Shown: positions 1 to 10,102 of the stretch, in pieces
How positions within the stretch are numbered: position 1 is the stretch's first letter
How the letters are laid out: the number at the start of each line of letters is the position of its first letter
Notes under the pieces: model-generated
The model's database searches: none
Told to the model about the DNA's origin: nothing
The model's input: only the letters and a program-made list of their open reading frames with translations
Position numbers and translations under genes: made by a program
Assembly (NCBI GenBank): GCA_036651575.1
Contig: JAVVXN010000003.1
Span: forward strand, 9,766 to 73,765
Length of the DNA stretch: 64,000 bases
Source: Raoultibacter sp.
GTDB lineage: Bacteria; Actinomycetota; Coriobacteriia; Coriobacteriales; Eggerthellaceae
Direction of reading: 5' to 3'

Positions 1-2
1 CC

Positions 3-1010
3 GAAGAGCTCGAAGGACTCAGCAAGCAAATTGCGGCACCAGATTTTTGGAATGATGCCAGTTCTGCCCAAGAGGTTTCCAAGCAGGCGAGCGATTTAAG
101 GGATACGATCGACGATTATGCGCATGCGGTGACTCTTTTGGAGGATGCCCAGGTTGCAGCCGATCTGATTGCGGAAGATCCCGCATTTGAAGAGGAATAC
201 GAAGCAACGCTTGATAAGCTCGTATCCCTTCTTGATAGCTTCGAGATCATCTCGTGGTTTTCGGGACGTTTCGACGGTGGAGATGCCATCGTTACGGTAA
301 ACCCCGGTTCGGGTGGACTCGAAGCTCAGGACTGGACCGATATGCTGTATCGCATGTATACGCGCTACGCCGAGAAAAAAGGCTGGAAAGTCAAGATCCT
401 CGATGTGGTGGCCGGCGAAGGTATCGGACTCGATAAGGCCAGCTTCCAAATCGGGGGAAAGTACGCCTACGGTATGCTTCGCAGTGAGGTTGGCGTCCAT
501 CGACTCGTGCGTATTTCTCCCACCGATGACAAGAAGCGTCGCCATACGACGTTTGCCGGTGTCGAGGTCTTGCCGGTGCTTTCCGATGACATCGAAGTTG
601 ATTTAAACCCAGCCGACGTTCGTGTCGATGTGTATCGTTCGAGTGGTCCCGGGGGGCAATGTGTGAACACCACCGATTCTGCCGTCCGTTTGACGCATAT
701 CCCGACCGGTACCGTGGTTACCTGTCAGAATGAAAAATCCCAGTTGCAAAACAAGGAAGCCGCTTTTCGTGTTTTGCGTGGTAAGCTCTACGAGCGCGAA
801 GAGCGCAGACGTGAAGAAGAACTGAACGAATTGCGTGGTTCGAAGATGGAAAACTCTTTTGGCAGTCAGATACGCAATTACGTGCTTTATCCGTATCAAA
901 TGGTGAAAGATGTTCGCAGTGGTGTGGAAACCGGAAACGTCGATGCGGTGCTCGATGGTGAAATTGAAGAATTCATCATAGGATATCATCGATGGAAAGC
1001 AGCTCAATAA
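3..1010 (+). CDS. prfB: peptide chain release factor 2, 5' end outside window
   Basis: ORF 129..1010 stays open in the same frame back to the window edge. It has the GGQ motif 'SGPGGQCVNTTDSAVRLTHIPTG' and RF2-type domain order. The N-terminus and the usual +1 frameshift site would lie upstream of the window. Confidence 0.9.
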   Translation, partial: EELEGLSKQIAAPDFWNDASSAQEVSKQASDLRDTIDDYAHAVTLLEDAQVAADLIAEDPAFEEEYEATLDKLVSLLDSFEIISWFSGRFDGGDAIVTVNPGSGGLEAQDWTDMLYRMYTRYAEKKGWKVKILDVVAGEGIGLDKASFQIGGKYAYGMLRSEVGVHRLVRISPTDDKKRRHTTFAGVEVLPVLSDDIEVDLNPADVRVDVYRSSGPGGQCVNTTDSAVRLTHIPTGTVVTCQNEKSQLQNKEAAFRVLRGKLYEREERRREEELNELRGSKMENSFGSQIRNYVLYPYQMVKDVRSGVETGNVDAVLDGEIEEFIIGYHRWKAAQ

Positions 1011-1861
1011 GAAAGGGATTTTACGTGAACGCGACTGAACTCGAGGTCAAGGCAAACGACATCCGCAAAGATATCGTGGGAATGATTGCGCAGGCGGGAA
1101 GTGGCCATCCCGGTGGCTCGCTTTCTTGTGCTGATATTCTCACTGCTCTGTATTTTGGGGGCGTCCTCGCGCACGATCCGAGCAATCCGCTCGATGATGC
1201 CCGCGATCGTTTCATACTCTCCAAAGGTCACGCGGCTCCTGCATTTTATGCGACGCTTGCCCATGCGGGGTATTTTCCCTGCGATGAACTGGTTACGCTG
1301 CGCCGTTTAGGATCGCGTCTGCAAGGACACCCCGATTCCAACAAGGTGCCCGGTGTGGAGGTGTGCACGGGTTCTCTCGGTCAGGGTCTTTCCATCGCTT
1401 CCGGCATTGCGTGTGGACTGCGCTTGGCCAAGAGTGACGCGCGCGTGTTTACCCTGCTTGGCGATGGCGAATGCCAGGAAGGCCAAGTGTGGGAGGCGGC
1501 CATGTTCGCCGCTCATCAGCACCTGGGAAACCTTGTTGCCATCGTGGATCACAACGGCCTGCAAATCGATGGGTGTATAACCGATGTGTGCTCACCGGAA
1601 GATATCGGCGTGAAGTTTTCGGCTTTCGGTTGGGAAGTCATGTCGTGCGATGGTCATAATATGGCCGAGATCGTCAAAGTGCTTCTGGATGCCAAGGCGC
1701 AAAAGACCGGTAAACCCTACGTTATCATCGCCGAAACCATCAAGGGTAAAGGCGTGAGTTTCATGGAGGATCAAGCGGGATGGCACGGCCGTGCTCCGAA
1801 ACCGGAAGAGACAAAAATCGCACTTACCGAACTGGAAGAGAAGGGGGCACACCGTGGCTAA
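992..1861 (+). CDS. transketolase, N-terminal (TPP-binding) subunit
   Basis: Motifs 'GSGHPGGSLS' and 'GDGECQEGQVWEA' are typical of the transketolase TPP domain. This is the split-gene form. An alternative GTG start at 1025 is possible. Confidence 0.88.
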   Translation: MESSSIRKGFYVNATELEVKANDIRKDIVGMIAQAGSGHPGGSLSCADILTALYFGGVLAHDPSNPLDDARDRFILSKGHAAPAFYATLAHAGYFPCDELVTLRRLGSRLQGHPDSNKVPGVEVCTGSLGQGLSIASGIACGLRLAKSDARVFTLLGDGECQEGQVWEAAMFAAHQHLGNLVAIVDHNGLQIDGCITDVCSPEDIGVKFSAFGWEVMSCDGHNMAEIVKVLLDAKAQKTGKPYVIIAETIKGKGVSFMEDQAGWHGRAPKPEETKIALTELEEKGAHRG

Positions 1862-2816
1862 TGAAGTGAAGAAGAAAGCTACCCGCGCCGCCTTTGGTGC
1901 AACGCTTGCCGCGCTCGCATGCGAGGGTGTGCCGGTTGTGGCGGTCGACGCTGACTTGAGTGGCTCTACGACTACGAAAAAGTTTGCCGACGCGTCGCAG
2001 GAAAATGCGCAGTGCCTCTTCAATGTGGGTATTGCTGAGCAGAATATGATCGGGGTGGCAGCGGGTCTTTCCCTGACCGGTCGCATTGCCTATACCGGTT
2101 CGTTTGCCGTCTTTGGCACGGGTCGCGTTTACGATCAGATCCGCAATACCGTGTGTTACTCCAATCTGAATGTGAAGATAGCTCCCACTCATGCGGGTGT
2201 TTCCGTGGGGCCCGACGGCGGTAGCCATCAGATGATCGAGGACATCGCGCTCATGCGGGTCTTGCCTCAGATGCGCGTGCTGGTGCCGGCTGACTACAAT
2301 GCGGCGGTGGCGGCTCTTACCTTGGCCGCTCAGGTCGAAGGTCCGGTCTATATTCGCATGGGGCGCGCCGAAGTGCCTTCGGTCTATGATGACGGTTACC
2401 GGATGGAATTGGGCTCGTCGACGGTGTTGCGCGAGGGCGGCGACGTGAGCCTGATCGCCTGTGGTGTCGAAGTGAATGAGGCGTTGATCGCGGCCGACCT
2501 TTTGGCAGCTGAAGGAATATCAGCTGAGGTCATCGATGCGTTTTCGATCAAACCACTCGATGAAGAAACCATTCTTGCTTCCGCTGCAAAAACGGGGGCG
2601 GTGGTGACCGCCGAAGAGCATTCTATCATCGGGGGTCTCGGTTCGGCGGTTTGTGAATTGCTCGCTGAGAAGCTGCCGACACCGTGTGTCCGCGTGGGTG
2701 TGCGTGACGTTTTTGGAACATCGGGAGAGTTCGAAGAGCTGCTCGTTCATTTCCACCTCGATGCGGCTTCCATTGTTGAAGCTGTGAAGAAGATAACAGC
2801 GAATACGGAGAAATGA
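1854..2816 (+). CDS. transketolase, C-terminal (pyrimidine-binding) subunit
   Basis: 'FNVGIAEQNMIGVAAGL' and the C-terminal transketolase domain are present. The start is refined to GTG 1854, in frame with ORF 1791..2816 and overlapping the upstream stop. Confidence 0.88.
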   Translation: MANEVKKKATRAAFGATLAALACEGVPVVAVDADLSGSTTTKKFADASQENAQCLFNVGIAEQNMIGVAAGLSLTGRIAYTGSFAVFGTGRVYDQIRNTVCYSNLNVKIAPTHAGVSVGPDGGSHQMIEDIALMRVLPQMRVLVPADYNAAVAALTLAAQVEGPVYIRMGRAEVPSVYDDGYRMELGSSTVLREGGDVSLIACGVEVNEALIAADLLAAEGISAEVIDAFSIKPLDEETILASAAKTGAVVTAEEHSIIGGLGSAVCELLAEKLPTPCVRVGVRDVFGTSGEFEELLVHFHLDAASIVEAVKKITANTEK

Positions 2817-2863
2817 TAGAATATCTCCCGTCTCAGTACATCACTATTTGAACGGAGCATTCT

Positions 2864-3694
2864 GTGACAAACCCGAACAGCCAGGGGGGTGTAGTGCGTC
2901 CCGGTGCCCACGCGGCACCTCCAAGACAGGCAGCATCGCAGCTTTCGCAATCGTTGCCTACGCTTGATATTGACGACGCGCCCCAAGCAATGGGTACTCC
3001 GGTTATTACGTTCGATCATGTGAACAAGGTGTATCCGGCCCAGCCCACCAAACCAGCCCTCAATGATATAACTTTGCAGATTTATGCAGGTGAATTTGTC
3101 TTTCTCGTCGGTCATTCAGGTTCCGGTAAATCGACATTCATCCGTATGCTTATCCGCGAAATCAAGCCATCAAGTGGGCATATCTACGTGGCAGATGAAG
3201 ATTTATCGTCCATGCGCAATTGGCGCGTGCCCTATCTTCGTCGCAACATAGGGTGTGTTTTCCAGGACTTCAAGTTGCTGCCGAATAAGACGGTTTTTGA
3301 AAACGTTGCGTTCGCACTTGAGGTAATCGGCAAATCGAATCACGTTATCAAAACGCAGGTTCCTGAAGTTTTGCGTCTCGTTGGCCTGCAGGATAAACTG
3401 GATAAACGGCCCGATCAATTATCGGGCGGCGAACAGCAGCGCGTTTCCATTGCGCGAGCTATCGTCAATCGTCCCCCGCTTTTAGTGTGCGACGAACCGA
3501 CCGGTAACCTTGATCCGCAGACGTCGCGCGGCATCATGGACTTGCTCGAACGAATCAACCGTACGGGTACCACGGTGCTTGTTGCTACGCATGACCGGGA
3601 AATGGTCGACAATATGCGTCGTCGCGTTATCGCGCTCGACAAGGGCAGCCTTACCCGCGATCAGGATAGGGGGGTGTACGGTTTCGATGTCTAG
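2864..3694 (+). CDS. ftsE: cell division ATP-binding protein FtsE
   Basis: Walker A 'GHSGSGKST', ABC signature 'LSGGEQQRV' and Walker B '[12 protein letters not shown]'. About 45 aa of Pro/Ala/Gln-rich sequence precede the ABC core if GTG 2864 is the start. Confidence 0.9.
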   Translation: MTNPNSQGGVVRPGAHAAPPRQAASQLSQSLPTLDIDDAPQAMGTPVITFDHVNKVYPAQPTKPALNDITLQIYAGEFVFLVGHSGSGKSTFIRMLIREIKPSSGHIYVADEDLSSMRNWRVPYLRRNIGCVFQDFKLLPNKTVFENVAFALEVIGKSNHVIKTQVPEVLRLVGLQDKLDKRPDQLSGGEQQRVSIARAIVNRPPLLVCDEPTGNLDPQTSRGIMDLLERINRTGTTVLVATHDREMVDNMRRRVIALDKGSLTRDQDRGVYGFDV

Positions 3695-4601
3695 TTTCTT
3701 TTATTTCCTCAGAGAATCTCTTACGGGATTTTCCCGTAACCTTTCGACCGCGCTCGGCTCCATTGTCACGATTTTTTTGTCACTGTTGATCATTGGGATC
3801 TTCTTGGTTGGTGGCGGTATCATCGAAAACGTGGTTTCGTCGGTGGAAGATAAAGTTTCCATCACCGCCTACGTCTCCGACGATGCAACCGATGCGCAAA
3901 TTAAAAAAGTAAAAGACTACGCCCAGGGTCTTGATGGTGTTTCTTCGGTCGGTTTTACGACAAAGGAGCAGGCTCTTGATAACTTCAAGACATCCATGAC
4001 CTCGAACCCCGATATCGTCGATCAGCTTGATGGTGAAAACCCGCTTCCCGCGTCGATCGATGTCGAACTTGACGATCCTCAAAAGGTCGAGTCGGTGGCC
4101 TCCTCCATTGCGGGCAATGCCGATTTTAAAACGGTTTGTGATAAACCGGCCAACCCGAGCGATTCGTTGAAGTATGGTCAAAAAACGGTTGAGAAGTTGT
4201 TCTCCCTGACCAACTATGTGCGCTACGTCGGCATAGCATTGATTGCCCTGTTGATTTTTATCGCATTCGTATTCATCAACAATACGATTCGCCTGGCTAT
4301 TCTTGCTCGTCGCAAGGAGATCGCCATCATGCGTTTAGTGGGTGCTTCCAACGGATTTATCCGAGGGCCTTTCCTTATGGAGGGTTCACTTCACGCGCTG
4401 ATCGGATCACTGCTGGCTATCGGTAGTTTGGAACTGATGCGAAACTTCGCTCTCCCTCAGGTCTCAAGTGCGCTACAATGGCTGCCTATTGATTTGAGTA
4501 TACAAACGTTCGTCATTATCTACGTGGCGTTGTTTGTAGCCGGCTTGGTCATCGGTATTCTGGGCTCGCTTTTGGCGATGCGCCGTTACCTGAAGGTTTA
4601 A
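3687..4601 (+). CDS. ftsX: cell division permease-like protein FtsX
   Basis: ATG 3687 overlaps the ftsE stop and gives '[18 protein letters not shown]'. The protein has an extracytoplasmic loop plus C-terminal TM helices, which is the FtsX architecture. Confidence 0.9.
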   Translation: MSSFFYFLRESLTGFSRNLSTALGSIVTIFLSLLIIGIFLVGGGIIENVVSSVEDKVSITAYVSDDATDAQIKKVKDYAQGLDGVSSVGFTTKEQALDNFKTSMTSNPDIVDQLDGENPLPASIDVELDDPQKVESVASSIAGNADFKTVCDKPANPSDSLKYGQKTVEKLFSLTNYVRYVGIALIALLIFIAFVFINNTIRLAILARRKEIAIMRLVGASNGFIRGPFLMEGSLHALIGSLLAIGSLELMRNFALPQVSSALQWLPIDLSIQTFVIIYVALFVAGLVIGILGSLLAMRRYLKV

Positions 4602-4635
4602 GCACGGTTTAGAAAGAAAGAAGACGATCAGGCCT

Positions 4636-5901
4636 GTGGGACAACATGGGTTACAAAAAAACAAAGCGACAAGCACACGCAACAAGAAAATCATCGGATA
4701 TTTGGGGGTTTTCGTCTGCGTGTGCTTGGCTTTTATTGCAGGCTTTATCGTTCGCGGTGACGTTTCTTTGTTGACGAACCTTGGTTTTACGTCATTGACG
4801 GTTGCGACGGAAAAAAATCCAGGGGAAACGGTTACGGGGAATACTTACGATTCCCTTTCCGCTCGGGTGGCCGAGGTGGAAGGCGTTATTGAGCAGGATA
4901 GTATCGATTCCTACGATCTTGATGATTCAACCCTTCAGGTGCTCGATGCCTTTGCGGTATCTACGAAAGATACCTATTTGCGCTACTACGACGAAGCTCG
5001 CTACGCTACCTACTTAAAAGACAATGCGAACAAATACGCCGGCGTTGGGGTGTTGTTTGCGGAGTACAAGGGTCAAAGCTACGCGGTTGATGTCTTCGAG
5101 GGTTCTGCCGCCGACACCGCTGGTGTGCAGCGCGGTGATTTCGTTGTCGCGGTCGATGGTGACCGGAAGGGGTGGTCGCTCACTGAAACCGTGAATGCCC
5201 TTTCGCGCGATGATGGTTCGACGGCTGTTATCACGTGGCGCCGTCCTTCTGCCCTTGAATCTGAGGGTGGCAAAGAGTTTACGACAACGCTTGAGTGTTC
5301 TCCTTATGTCGAGAAAAACGTGACGACGGAGCTTTCTGGCAAGGTTGGCGTGGTGACGGTGAAGCAGTTGACGCAAGATTGCGATATGCTGGTGCGGCAA
5401 GCTATTCGAGATCTACAGGGGCAGGGTGCTCAATCGCTCGTTTTGGATCTGCGTAACAATCCTGGTGGGTATTTGACGCAGGCGGTTGATATCGCGTCTA
5501 TTTTCGTAAAAAGTGGTGTACTGGTGCAGATTCAGACCGTTGACGGTACGACAACGAAGTCTGCGACGGGGGATATTGGCACACAGCTTCCGCTGGTGGT
5601 TTTAGTAAATCACAATACCGCTGCTGCCTCTGAAGTCTTGGCATCTGCTTTGCAGGACAATCAGCGCGCAACGGTTGTGGGGGATTCGACGCTCGGGAAG
5701 GGCAGTGTGCAGGTCGTTCGTGCATTGAGCTTCGGCGGTGCGCTTCGCTATACGGCGGCAATGTATACAACCCCGTTGGGGCACGTCATCAATGAAACGG
5801 GAATCGCACCTAATATTTCGGTGAGTCAGGGAACTGATACGACAACCGACAATCAGAAGGTCGTTGCGCTCGAAACCGCTCAAGCTTTGATTGCTGGGTA
5901 G
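4636..5901 (+). CDS. S41 family C-terminal processing peptidase (PDZ domain)
   Basis: N-terminal TM helix, a PDZ-like segment ('GDFVVAVDG'), and S41 motifs 'LDLRNNPGGYL', 'NHNTAAASEVLA' and 'LGKGSVQ'. Confidence 0.85.
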   Translation: MGQHGLQKNKATSTRNKKIIGYLGVFVCVCLAFIAGFIVRGDVSLLTNLGFTSLTVATEKNPGETVTGNTYDSLSARVAEVEGVIEQDSIDSYDLDDSTLQVLDAFAVSTKDTYLRYYDEARYATYLKDNANKYAGVGVLFAEYKGQSYAVDVFEGSAADTAGVQRGDFVVAVDGDRKGWSLTETVNALSRDDGSTAVITWRRPSALESEGGKEFTTTLECSPYVEKNVTTELSGKVGVVTVKQLTQDCDMLVRQAIRDLQGQGAQSLVLDLRNNPGGYLTQAVDIASIFVKSGVLVQIQTVDGTTTKSATGDIGTQLPLVVLVNHNTAAASEVLASALQDNQRATVVGDSTLGKGSVQVVRALSFGGALRYTAAMYTTPLGHVINETGIAPNISVSQGTDTTTDNQKVVALETAQALIAG

Positions 5902-5907
5902 GGTATC

Positions 5908-7947
5908 GTGTCGCGCCCCTCTTCTCGATCGCGTTCGAAAACGCGCCGCAGTGCTCGCAGCAATCCGCGGGGCATTCTTGTCGTCACATCGCGCGGCTAT
6001 GGATTTGTGCAGACCGCGGAAGGGGAGTTTTATATTCCCGAATCCAAGATGGGTGCGGCCTTCGAAGGTGACATGGTGGAAGTTGCCCTCATCAAATCCT
6101 ACCCTCCCGCTACGAAGGGGTCGCATCGTGGTGGCGATAAACCGACCGCCCGCGTGGTACGCGTCGTTAATCGCAGCCACGATTCGCTGGTCGGCCGCTA
6201 TGAACTGGCGGAACCTTTCGGGGTGGTCGTGCCCGAAGACGACCGGATTCCCTACGACATCTTCACGATGGCAAAAGATAACCCTCACGTGAGAGAGGGG
6301 GATATCGTTCGGGTGCGTATCGTGGAGTACCCCTCGCGCAATTCCGCGGCCACGGGAGTGGTCGAAGAGGTTCTTGGCCACGAGGGCGATGACAGCCTCG
6401 ATATCGATCTGGTAATTGCCCATCACAAGCTGGAAACTCGATTTTCCGAAGCGTCGCTTGAACAGGCGCGCGTGGCCGTTGTTGACGCGCCCGGCGCCCT
6501 TGCTGAGGGCTATCGCGATATCTGCGACCGCTTTGTATTCACGGTCGATCCGCGTGATGCGCGCGATTTTGACGACGCTCTTTCGATTGACCAGGTAGAG
6601 GGTCTTACGCGTCTCGGTGTGCATATTGCTGACGTTTCGCATTATGTCGAATGGGGTTCTTCGCTTGATTTGGATGCCCGTCGTCGTGCGACGAGCGTCT
6701 ATCTGGTTGATCGGGTTATCCCGATGCTGCCCGAAGAGCTTTCATCAGACATCTGTTCGCTGCGTCCCCATGAGGTTCGCCGTGTGTTTACGGTCGATAT
6801 GTACGTGAGTGCTGACGGGAGCGTGGTGCGGACGGACTTCTTTCCTGCGCTCATCGAGTCGAAAGCTCGGTTGACCTACGAGCAGGCTCAGGAAATCATC
6901 GATGAAAACGTCGAACTGCCTGCAAAATCTTTGTGTGCTCAAGGTTTGGAAGAATGCTTCGACGATAGGCTGCGTCGGCGTATCGTTGCGTTGTCGGACT
7001 TGGCCGGCAAGCTTTCTGCGGCGCGGGCGCGTGCGGGGGGTATGGACTTTGAGACGACTGAAGCCAAGGTGCTCTTAGATGAAGGGGGCATGCCGGTTGA
7101 AGTGATGCTGCGCAAGAAGACGCAGGCGACTTCGTTTATCGAAGAGGCGATGATTCTTGCCAACAATACGGTGGCGCACTTTATGCATGAAAGGGGCTTT
7201 CCGTGCATCTATCGTGTTCATGAGGCTCCTTCGGCAGATAGCTTGGCAGAGCTGGTGCCGTTGTTGCAGGAATTTTCTGCCTACAAAAAGCTTCCTGTTG
7301 CCGACTTTATAGCGGGGCAACCCGCTTGTTTGCAAGCTGTCTTGCGCGCAAGTATCGGGCGTCCCGAAGAAGAGCTCGTTTCCTCGCTGCTGCTGCGCTC
7401 GATGATGCGCGCGGTCTACAAGGGAGTCTGTGAGCCGCACTACGGTTTGGCATCTGCTGCTTACACCCACTTTACGAGTCCCATTCGACGCTATCCCGAT
7501 CTGGTCGTGCATCGCATGTTGAAAGCACAGCTTTTGGGAAAGTCGGGCACCTTCGAGCAGCAGGTTCATAGCTTGGGGTGGTTGTCTGAACACGCTTCTG
7601 CCATGGAGCGCGTTGCTGAAAAAGCCGCTCGTGAAACCCAGCAGATGAAACTGGTGGAATATATGCAGCGCGACATCGGTAAAACGTTTTGGGGTGTGAT
7701 TTCGGGCGTTGCGACCTACGGCTTTTTTGTACGGTTGCACAACACCGCCGAAGGTCTCGTTTCGATGCGGTGCCTTGAAAATGAGTATTTTGCGCTTGAT
7801 CCGGTGCGACACACGTTGATCGGACAGGACAGCAACACGACGTATCGCTTGGGGCAACGGTTTTGCGTGGTGCTTGTGTCGGCGGAGCCGCGCCAGCGCA
7901 AACTTGATTTTCGACCTGCATCTTTGCGGGAGATGTCTGACGTGTAG
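5908..7947 (+). CDS. rnr: ribonuclease R
   Basis: RNB motifs 'DPRDARDFDDALS' and 'HFTSPIRRYPDLVVHR', with a C-terminal S1 domain 'GVISGVATYGFFVRL'. Confidence 0.9.
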   Translation: MSRPSSRSRSKTRRSARSNPRGILVVTSRGYGFVQTAEGEFYIPESKMGAAFEGDMVEVALIKSYPPATKGSHRGGDKPTARVVRVVNRSHDSLVGRYELAEPFGVVVPEDDRIPYDIFTMAKDNPHVREGDIVRVRIVEYPSRNSAATGVVEEVLGHEGDDSLDIDLVIAHHKLETRFSEASLEQARVAVVDAPGALAEGYRDICDRFVFTVDPRDARDFDDALSIDQVEGLTRLGVHIADVSHYVEWGSSLDLDARRRATSVYLVDRVIPMLPEELSSDICSLRPHEVRRVFTVDMYVSADGSVVRTDFFPALIESKARLTYEQAQEIIDENVELPAKSLCAQGLEECFDDRLRRRIVALSDLAGKLSAARARAGGMDFETTEAKVLLDEGGMPVEVMLRKKTQATSFIEEAMILANNTVAHFMHERGFPCIYRVHEAPSADSLAELVPLLQEFSAYKKLPVADFIAGQPACLQAVLRASIGRPEEELVSSLLLRSMMRAVYKGVCEPHYGLASAAYTHFTSPIRRYPDLVVHRMLKAQLLGKSGTFEQQVHSLGWLSEHASAMERVAEKAARETQQMKLVEYMQRDIGKTFWGVISGVATYGFFVRLHNTAEGLVSMRCLENEYFALDPVRHTLIGQDSNTTYRLGQRFCVVLVSAEPRQRKLDFRPASLREMSDV

Positions 7948-8171
7948 GGGGTGCCCTTTTGTTGGATCGGCGTCTGCCCGTAGCGTTTTGATGGGTATTA
8001 TGGAGAAGGTAATTTAAACACGATTGTCTTTTTGTTTTTCGTTTATATAATAAAAAACTTCGATTTGCTTACTGAATTTTGCTTGCTTGACAGATGCTAC
8101 GGGACTGTCATATTCGAGAGTGCGATGTTTTCTCGAAGAACGTTTACCCTTGGGTTATGGAAAGGATTTTC

Positions 8172-9029
8172 ATGGAGCAATTTGCGATTGTCGTCGACTC
8201 CACGTGCGATTGGTCTTCTCTTGAATACGAGCGCAATCGAGTACACATGGTGCCGCTGCAAGTTATGATGGGCGAAGAATCCTATGCGGATCAGCGAGAT
8301 ATATCCTCTGAGGATTTTTATGATTATATCGCGTCGGGAGCTCAGAGTTTTGGTACGTCACAGCCGGCACCGGCGGCATTTTTGACGACGTATGAAGCGC
8401 TTATCGCCGCCGGTCAGAAAAATATTCTTTCGATGCATATTTCTGCGACGCTTTCGGGGACGCTCGATTCGGCCGAAATGGCTGCGCAGCAATGCGACGC
8501 GCGCGTCGAGCGTTTTGATGCAGGGGGGACCACCACGACTTTGGGGCTCCTTGCTCAGAAAGCGTGCGAGCTGCGCGATACCGGTGTTTCGTTGGATGAA
8601 GCGATTGAGGAATTGAGGGTGTATTGCAAAAAGATTTTGCAGTTCATCTCTCCCGATACGACTGACCACCTTTTACGGGGCGGTCGCATCACTTCGGAAC
8701 AGGCGCAGCAGGCTATGATGCTCAATATCAAGATAGTTTTCAGTTTTGATGATGAGGGGCGTCTCGTTGTTCTCGATCGAGTGAAAGGTAACCGGGGTAT
8801 TATCAAGAGCTATGTTGAGCGATTGCACGCCTACAGTGAACAATATGGCCCGCTTCGCATCCGTGTTTTGCAGGCTCGCAATAAGGCTGAGGCACAGCGT
8901 CTGGTGGAGGCGATGCGCGCTTCCGGTCTCGATTTTGAACTGGCGGCAATCGATGATTGCGGTGCGACGATCACGACACATCTTGGACTGGGCGTCATCG
9001 GTCTTGCGGCGGCGCCGCTGCACGGATAG
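8172..9029 (+). CDS. DegV family fatty-acid-binding protein (FakB-like)
   Basis: 'FAIVVDSTCDW', 'GTSQPAP' and 'SATLSGTLDSA' match DegV hallmarks. The start is refined to ATG 8172 within ORF 8094..9029. Confidence 0.85.
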   Translation: MEQFAIVVDSTCDWSSLEYERNRVHMVPLQVMMGEESYADQRDISSEDFYDYIASGAQSFGTSQPAPAAFLTTYEALIAAGQKNILSMHISATLSGTLDSAEMAAQQCDARVERFDAGGTTTTLGLLAQKACELRDTGVSLDEAIEELRVYCKKILQFISPDTTDHLLRGGRITSEQAQQAMMLNIKIVFSFDDEGRLVVLDRVKGNRGIIKSYVERLHAYSEQYGPLRIRVLQARNKAEAQRLVEAMRASGLDFELAAIDDCGATITTHLGLGVIGLAAAPLHG

Positions 9030-9052
9030 TCGATAGGGGGAAGGGGAGCCTG

Positions 9053-9538
9053 GTGACAGAGCTACGGGAAGCAAAAGCCCACGCGATTGACGATGCGGCT
9101 CGGCAACGACGCCATGAACTGAACGACCTGCTGTCCGGTACGTTCAACTCGATATTGAGCGTTGAGGAAAAGTCTTTGCAAAATCGTCTTACACAGGGCT
9201 TGAGCATTTCTGAGATACATACGATTACTGCTATCGGATTGCATGAGATGAATCCTATGAGTGCGGTGGCGGCTCGTTTGGGTGTGACGCTTGCAACGTT
9301 GACGGTGGCCGTGAATAAGCTTGTCAAGAAAGGTTTCGTGTGCCGTCACCGCGGGGAAACTGATCGTCGCCAAGTTTTTATTACCCTGACCTGCCAGGGG
9401 CGCAAAGTGTATCGCGCTCACGAGCTTTTCCATAAACATATGATTGATCAGGCGCTGGCGGAGCTTTCTCTCGAAGAGGAAGAAGTGCTTGCCCGCTCGC
9501 TTTTAAAGGTTAAGCATTTTTTTGACGGGCAGAACTAA
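9053..9538 (+). CDS. MarR family transcriptional regulator (FabT-like by position)
   Basis: Winged-helix segment 'ISEIHTITAIGLHEMNPMSAVAARLGVTLATLTVAVNKLVKKGFV'. GTG 9053 is in frame with ORF 8957..9538. The gene lies directly upstream of the FAS II operon. Confidence 0.8.
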   Translation: MTELREAKAHAIDDAARQRRHELNDLLSGTFNSILSVEEKSLQNRLTQGLSISEIHTITAIGLHEMNPMSAVAARLGVTLATLTVAVNKLVKKGFVCRHRGETDRRQVFITLTCQGRKVYRAHELFHKHMIDQALAELSLEEEEVLARSLLKVKHFFDGQN

Positions 9539-9572
9539 AGATCGTTCGAGAGGTTTCTCGAATGGAGGGCTA

Positions 9573-9621
9573 TATACCAAACTTCCCTACTTCGCATGAT
9601 GGAGTAGGGAAGTTTGATATA
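9573..9621 (+). other. long hairpin downstream of the MarR gene
   Basis: 'CAAACTTCCCTACT' (9578-9591) is the perfect reverse complement of 'AGTAGGGAAGTTTG' (9603-9616), and flanking TATA/TATA extends the stem. No T-run follows it directly. Confidence 0.4.
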
Positions 9622-9772
9622 CGGGGCACTTCGTGCGCCGTAAAATCTTTTTGACGGTAGTTTTTAATCGAAGGTTCCTTCGGCGAGATCACCCCATTTC
9701 CTTTTGGTAAGTTGTCGTAAAATCGTGAATTTCCTTGCGTCTTATCCCTTCTGCCCGTAAACTTTATGCTAA

Positions 9773-9797
9773 TAGTTAGATAAACTAAATATTAGTT
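9773..9797. promoter_or_regulatory. candidate operator: overlapping inverted repeats TAGTT-N5-AACTA-N5-TAGTT
   Basis: Read directly from 'TAGTTAGATAAACTAAATATTAGTT', 36 bp upstream of the acpP start in an AT-rich promoter region. The AGTT/AACT half-sites resemble FabT-type operators. Confidence 0.3.
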
Positions 9798-9832
9798 AAT
9801 CAATATATAAGTTGCTCGGAAAGGATTCTGCC

Positions 9833-10054
9833 ATGTCAGACACGCTCAAGATCGTACAGGATGTTTTGCAGGAAAATCTCGATATCGCTCCCGAAAAAGT
9901 GGGAGTCGACATTACGCTCGAATCCCTCGGTGTCGATTCCCTTGATATGGTCGAATTGATTTGCGACTTGGAGGAGCGCTGCGACAAGGAATTTGGCGAA
10001 CCCGATGACCTTGCAACCGTTGGTGACTTGGTGACCTACATTGATTCTTTGTAA
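9833..10054 (+). CDS. acpP: acyl carrier protein
   Basis: 73 aa with the phosphopantetheine attachment motif 'LGVDSLDMVEL'. ATG 9833 lies within ORF 9812..10054. Confidence 0.9.
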   Translation: MSDTLKIVQDVLQENLDIAPEKVGVDITLESLGVDSLDMVELICDLEERCDKEFGEPDDLATVGDLVTYIDSL

Positions 10055-10102
10055 GGATCCGAAAAAATTTGCTCAAAGATTGTATGGGAAGGAATCATTA
10101 CG

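Noticed and set aside
1-130. Programmed +1 frameshift site of prfB.
   Set aside because: The reading frame is continuous from the window edge, and only ~30 N-terminal residues are missing. Any frameshift site must therefore lie upstream of the window and cannot be assessed.
5602-6642. Long antisense ORFs. Examples are the 346-aa ORF opposite rnr, and 7075..7857, 11362..12162, 12868..13584, 15126..15866, 39313..40482, 40669..41640, 44426..45187, 47606..48442, 52764..53492 and 53958..54623.
   Set aside because: - Each lies fully inside a confidently identified gene on the other strand.
- Their translations are Arg/His/Ser-rich and low in complexity, with no recognisable motifs.
- This is the usual shadow-ORF behaviour in moderately GC-rich DNA.
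8087-8115. A TTGACA-N17-ATATTC promoter upstream of degV.
   Set aside because: The -35 element is perfect but the -10 is poor. I left it out of the feature list as insufficiently supported.
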